DNA of 64,000 bases from NCBI RefSeq assembly GCF_009914755.1, contig NC_060947.1. One strand, written 5' to 3'. Position numbers and translations under genes: made by a program. The notes beneath the pieces are model-generated. The model was not told the DNA's origin, did no database searches, and saw nothing but the letters and a program-made list of their open reading frames with translations. The DNA is from the human T2T-CHM13v2.0 reference genome, Homo sapiens. This document shows, one piece after another, positions 58,795-64,000 of this stretch; the first letter of the stretch is position 1, and every line of letters begins with the position of its first letter.

Positions 58795-58989
58795 CAGAAG
58801 TTCTCAATCTTGGCTGATCATTAGAATCACAGGGAGCTTGCACAAATACCAACACCCAAAACATTCCCTAAACTAATTAAATCTGAATTGCTAACAGTGG
58901 GGTAAGGGGAAGAGAGAGATGTCATCAGACATCAGATTTATTCAACTCTTACGATGATTTCAAAGTGCATCAAAAATTAAGAACCACTG
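58795..58989. mobile_element. MER5B-like hAT MITE
   Basis: cagaagttctcaatcttggctgatcattagaatcac...aagaaccactg. Confidence 0.75.
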
Positions 58990-59199
58990 ATGAGGAGATT
59001 TATCAGGATTTGACATTTCCATTGCTTTAAGGAGTGGTGATATTTGAAGTTTTATTGTCCCCTTATGCCCCATCCTGTATGATATTGCCTTTCATTATCT
59101 TCTATCCCATGTTCATGTGACAAGGTTGTACAGAGGTTAAGATGATGGAATGTAGAGCAGAAACTTCCTAGGTTCTGAAGTTCTCATAGAACAGAAGAG

Positions 59200-59420
59200 T
59201 AACATGAATATAAAGCACAGACTCTCTAGATTTAAACTTCTCATTAAGAAGGTAGGAAGATGGAATAGTAATTGTACCATCTTAGAACTGAATGACCAAA
59301 GGCAAGCTGTTCAAACTCACTGTGCCTCAACTTCCTACTATGTAAAATGGGAGCAGTGGTATTGGCACCAACTTTGCAGGGTGGTTGTGATAATCAGATA
59401 AGTAATATATGGAAACTGGC
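59200..59420 (+). mobile_element. MIR
   Basis: tgaccaaaggcaagctg...ctgtgcctcaacttcctactatgtaaaatggg core. Confidence 0.65.
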
Positions 59421-60527
59421 CAAGACTGTCAAGACTCTACATAGATACCAATTATTATCATCAGTATTGAATTTGGAAGATGAAGGAGAGAAGATGAATT
59501 TGAGATTGGGACAAATTTAGCCAGTCATTGAGACAGAAGGCTTCCAAGGTCATACGTTGGCAGGTAGAGTTGATGGAGAATTTTGCCGGAAGCTGGAGAT
59601 TGAAGCAAGAGGAGGCACATTGCAACCCAGTGGCTATGAGAACAATTATTCACCTTTCTCCCGCTGAAGCACCTCAGAATAAGAAGTAGCTATGGGCTTT
59701 CCGTAGTCTTTGGGAGAGTACCAAAATCATTCTACCGGCATGTTTAAGTGAAGGGCAGAGGGAGGACCTGAGTCATTTGGGTGACATATATAATGAACAA
59801 AGGCAGTTTTTGAGAATTCTAGAGGCAGCAAAAGTTAGGAATGTAGGAGAAAGTGGTATAACAGGGAATATTAGTTTTTAAATCACCATCATAGAAAGGT
59901 CAAAGGCCATAAATGTGTGAAGGGATAAAGACAGGAGATAGAAAATGATACACCTGAGAGTTATACACATAGCTGCTCACCGAGCCTGGAAGACCCTCCC
60001 CATACCCAGCTTCTGAAAAAAATATATTAATAAAATAAACTTTCAAAAAAAGAAAATTAACCAGTACCATTATTTTTACATTTATCAACAACTGATAATT
60101 CTCATCTAATTGTTTTCATAATCTTTGTCCTTTGTATATACATCATTTGATGCTTATCTTATCATGTTACAATTAATGTCTGAATCTACAACTTGTGTTG
60201 TAAGTTCACTGGGATACAGGAATCCCATGCAATTCACTTTTCATTTCACTGTCTGACTCAGTGCTTTTCCCATGCTATGTCTCAGTAAATGTTGGCTGAA
60301 TTCTGAGGGCACGGTGAGAGTAAGAAAGACAAAGAAATCTTTTACAAGGTGTATGATTTTCATTTCTAGTTTACCAAGCATGTTTCAAAAAGGCAAAGCT
60401 TTATTTCCAAAGGGAAGGTTTTGCAAAATTTTACCTCTGCTGATGTCCAGTCTAAGCCTGCATGGTCTGAAAGTGCAACAGCCAAAGGGAGAGAGGAGTA
60501 AGAGGAGTGGCCTTGCAGTTGATAAAC

Positions 60528-60617
60528 AGGATGATGATGATGATATCAATGATGATGGCGATGATAGTGATGGTTGTGATGGTTGTGATGATGATGATGA
60601 TGATGATAGTGATGGTG
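60528..60617. repeat. Degenerate (GAT)n
   Basis: Visible in sequence. Confidence 0.9.
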
Positions 60618-61989
60618 AGAAAAGTCTTTGATAGAAGGTCACAAATGTTTGGGTGACAGTAAGAATCCTTCTTGTGTTAAAAGATGGAGTAAAAAATGAA
60701 ATGGAAGACTTGAAAGGTAGCTGAAGCCCTTGTTTACTAATCCAAAGTGATAGAGTTTATTATGTAAATGTGAAGATCCAATCTGAGGATTTTTGACTGA
60801 AGTAGCATGACTGGAACTCTAGAGCAGAAGACTAGCTTAGTGGTATTGTGTGTTGAATGCATTAAGGTGAAGACTTTAGTAGGCAACATCAGCAATAATC
60901 CAAGTGAGATCTCAAATTTGGTATCAGCACCAGAGCAGTGATAGACCAGGAATAGGGAGAAATAGAAGGATAAGATCTATGTTACAAAGGTATCTCAACA
61001 TAGCTTGGTGAGTGATTGAAAGGAAAGCAAGAGAGAATAAGTGTCATAAAACATTCTAGGTTTATGAACTGAAAGAGGTGGTGGCATTAACAGAAATAGC
61101 AAAGGAGGAAAAGCTAAATTTGGAAGAAAGATGGTGTATACGTCAGCTTCTGCTGCAGTAACAAATACTCCAATTCAAAAATAAATGTGTTTGTGTGATA
61201 GGAAGGCTGCAGGTCAGTTACAGCTCAGTTGGGCTCTGCTGGGTTCAGCCATGCTGGCTTCCTATTTTGGAACCAAAATAAACATTTCCTGCTGCCCTCA
61301 TGGTGGAAGGCAGGAGGTACAGGGTTAAGGAATGTCTTGAGTCCTCCGCTTGGATAAAATTTACATCATATCCACTTACATTTCACTGGTCTAAACATGT
61401 CATATGGTCATGAGTGAATCTGTATAATTTCCTTCTTATCTGAGGAAGCAGCTCATTGGGAACATGATCTAATTTGTCCCAGATGGTGAATGCAGTTTGG
61501 AACACAGTGGAAGATTCTAGTGAGGAGAGAGAGAGAGAGAGAGAGAGAGGCAGCAAGTTGCAGAAAAACAAGGAGAAACGGAACTCAGGAAAAAGTTAGA
61601 AACATAAGTAAAATCCCTTAATATACAAAAGTTATGGTTGAAGCTAGTGAGATTCATGAAGGAAGAGAGAAAAGACTGGACTGAAGATAGAAAAAGAAGA
61701 AAATTGGGTAAATAAAAGTTGAGGAAGAAAAAAGACATTGGAGTATAAAGAAAATCAACAGTGACAGTTATGGTGGGACCCTACCATAGAACAGATATAA
61801 AGAGTAAAGGAATATGTAGAATTTCCACATTGTTCTCAAAGGTCCCTTGGTTGTAAAAAGCTTAGACAATATCATGGATGTTTGCATCATGGTTCTACTC
61901 ACTTGCCCACATGTGCACAGAATTGGGCTACTATGAAAAGCTCTTATGAAGATCACCCTTGCTTTTCTTACATGCTGTAGTTCATTTTA

Positions 61990-62163
61990 GTGGGTTTCAG
62001 GTGGGAAGGGAGAGATAATAAGGGCAGGAATCATTTCCTATCCTTATGGCATTCTACAACCATCACAAAAACCTAGTGTGGGTTTCAGGTGGGAAGGGAG
62101 AGATAATAAGGGCAGGAATCATTTCCTATCCTTATGGCATTCTACAAGCATCACAAAAACCTA
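61990..62163. repeat. Near-perfect 86-bp tandem duplication (period 88)
   Basis: One mismatch (caacc/caagc); 2 extra bases at the junction. Confidence 0.97.
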
Positions 62164-63614
62164 AAAAATTGTATCCCTGAAAATACCCAGCAGATAAGCA
62201 TAACATTGGGTTAAATGGCAGTGGATGCCTTCCTGGAATCAAAGAAAAGATGATAGTGGGAAAGGAGCATCCTTATTTTTGAGAACCCATGATGTGGCAG
62301 ACGTGAGATAAGAGTTTTATACCCCAATCTAAGGATTTCCAGTTTTACCAGCCTTCCAGGGACTATCCTTAATTAAATGACGGCATACATTGAGTCAAGT
62401 TGAGTGTCAAGCAGATTTGCGTCTTTCCCAGTACTTCAAATAGTCCACAGGCACTGTTTACCTTCTTCTTCTGGATTTTGATAATCTCTCAGATCTTTAT
62501 ATTACGTTTATTCAGGTTGTTGTTTTTCCCTCTCAAAGTCTTCATCAACAGAAGAGAAAGCAGCCATCTTTCTTCATGTCCCAACACACCACCAACCCAA
62601 GGTTGCTTTGTGTCCCAGAACTTTACCAAAGTTATGCAAATATTGGAGAATGAAAATTGTGCATAAGTGGGAACAAATTAAGAAGGAATTATAACAGTCC
62701 ACATGATCCTTATTACTGCCATAAATCTCAGAATTCAAGGCTTTCCCCAGAGGAAGACAAAATAAAGTCAACTTCATAATCATCTCCCAGCCAAAGAGAA
62801 AATTCAAATACCTTTATTATAGCCACTCAAGACATTTTTTAGTACCTACCATGTTCCAGGCACTGGCCAGGTCAATGTGCACACATCACTGAAGAAACTA
62901 GACAAATGTCTTCAACCAGGCATTGTGAGTAGTGGTTCTCTTCTACACCAGCTTTCCTGTCACCCATTTCCCTGGTCTACTTCCTGTATATCTTCAGCTC
63001 TGCATGGCAAGGAGGACATCCCCAACAGAGCTTCTATTAGCTGGCTTGTTACTGAAGTCAGCAATGGGACAGGTTAGCAGGAGTTTGGAGGAGAAGTGGG
63101 AGGAATGGAAAGTGGGTACATCTCCTCTGTTTCAGCCTTGGGCAGCAACGTTGCAGCCACAACTGATATATCTTCACTCTGCAACTCACTCTCTGGGGTG
63201 CCTACTGCTCTAGTTGGGCTCCTCAGCCCTTCCTTTCCCTCTGCAGACAACACCATATGGTAATTCCCCTTGACTGAAAATACTCTGACTATTTAGCCCC
63301 TGAAGTTTTTTCTATTTACCTAATTAGAAAGCATCATAGAGTGTTAGCTAAATCAAAAAATGTGTGTTTTTCTTTCAGATAATTTATGCTACCCTACCAG
63401 GGAGTGGACACAGCTTCAGTGTTTTTCTTCTTTTTTTTTTAATGGAACTTTCAAGTTTTGTCCCACCAGCTATATGCAGTGGTTTTCCCAATGACCCAGT
63501 AAAGTGAGTGGTGTCATCCCTATTTGACACACACAAAGAAACAGAAGTTTAAGTAGATGACATCTACACTACCACAGCTATTACAGAACAGGACCTAAAT
63601 TCAAGCTTGTGTCT

Positions 63615-64000
63615 CATTCACTTGAAATCTTATTTGGTCAGCCATGTTTTCCCAAAGCTCCCTATCCACCCAAGGCCTTGTTTGATTGGCCATGTTTTCC
63701 CAAGGCTCTTCATTCACTCAAAGCTTTGTTTCAGGGACCGTGTTTTTCCAAGGCTCCTAATCCACTCAAAGCTTTGTTTGATTGGCCATGTTTTCCCAAG
63801 GCTTTTCATCCTCTCAAAGCCTTGTTTGATTAACCATGTTTTCCCAAGGCTCCCATCCACCCAAAGCCTTGTTTGATCAGCTATGTTTTCCCAAGACTTT
63901 CCATCCACCCAAAGCCTTGTTGATCGGCCATGCTTTTCCAAGGCTCCTCATCCACTCAAAGCCTTGTTTAGTTGGCCATGTTTTCCCAAGTGTCCCATCC
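63615..64000. repeat. 48-bp minisatellite, about 8 copies, running off the window end
   Basis: Unit ggccatgttttcccaaggctcctcatccactcaaagccttgtttgatt. Confidence 0.95.

Noticed and set aside
60272-60642. Asp-rich ORF as an acidic-domain exon
   Set aside because: Explained by (GAT)n amid L2-like relics; no convincing exon structure
63607-64000. 48-bp array as a CRISPR array or repeat-protein exon
   Set aside because: No unique spacers, eukaryotic context, and stops interrupt the frames

Overview
Primate (human-like) AT-rich non-coding DNA, either intergenic or deep intronic. I see no supportable host protein-coding exon, tRNA, rRNA or CRISPR array; the ORF track is explained by Alu, L1, LTR and simple-repeat frames. 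The window is dense in interspersed repeats: about 15 Alus, many MaLR/ERV solo LTRs (THE1, MST, MLT1, MLT2, MER21-like), L1 fragments (two with twin-priming inversions), MER20/MER5/MER82/MER63 DNA transposons, MIR/L2 relics and long microsatellites. It also holds a 30-nt tailless U2 snRNA retrocopy. The most unusual structure lies outside the repeat annotation. There are many local templated copies of unique sequence (direct pairs 1-5 kb apart, inverted pairs and tandem micro-duplications), a patchwork junction at about 54.5-55.9 kb, and a spacerless 90-bp TTAA-bounded palindrome with a YY1-consensus motif at about 40.8 kb. The repeat style resembles distal Xp/Y sequence, but that is inference only. 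Repeat subfamily names come from remembered consensus sequences, coordinates were counted by eye (edges of old elements are approximate), and identities marked ~ are estimates.
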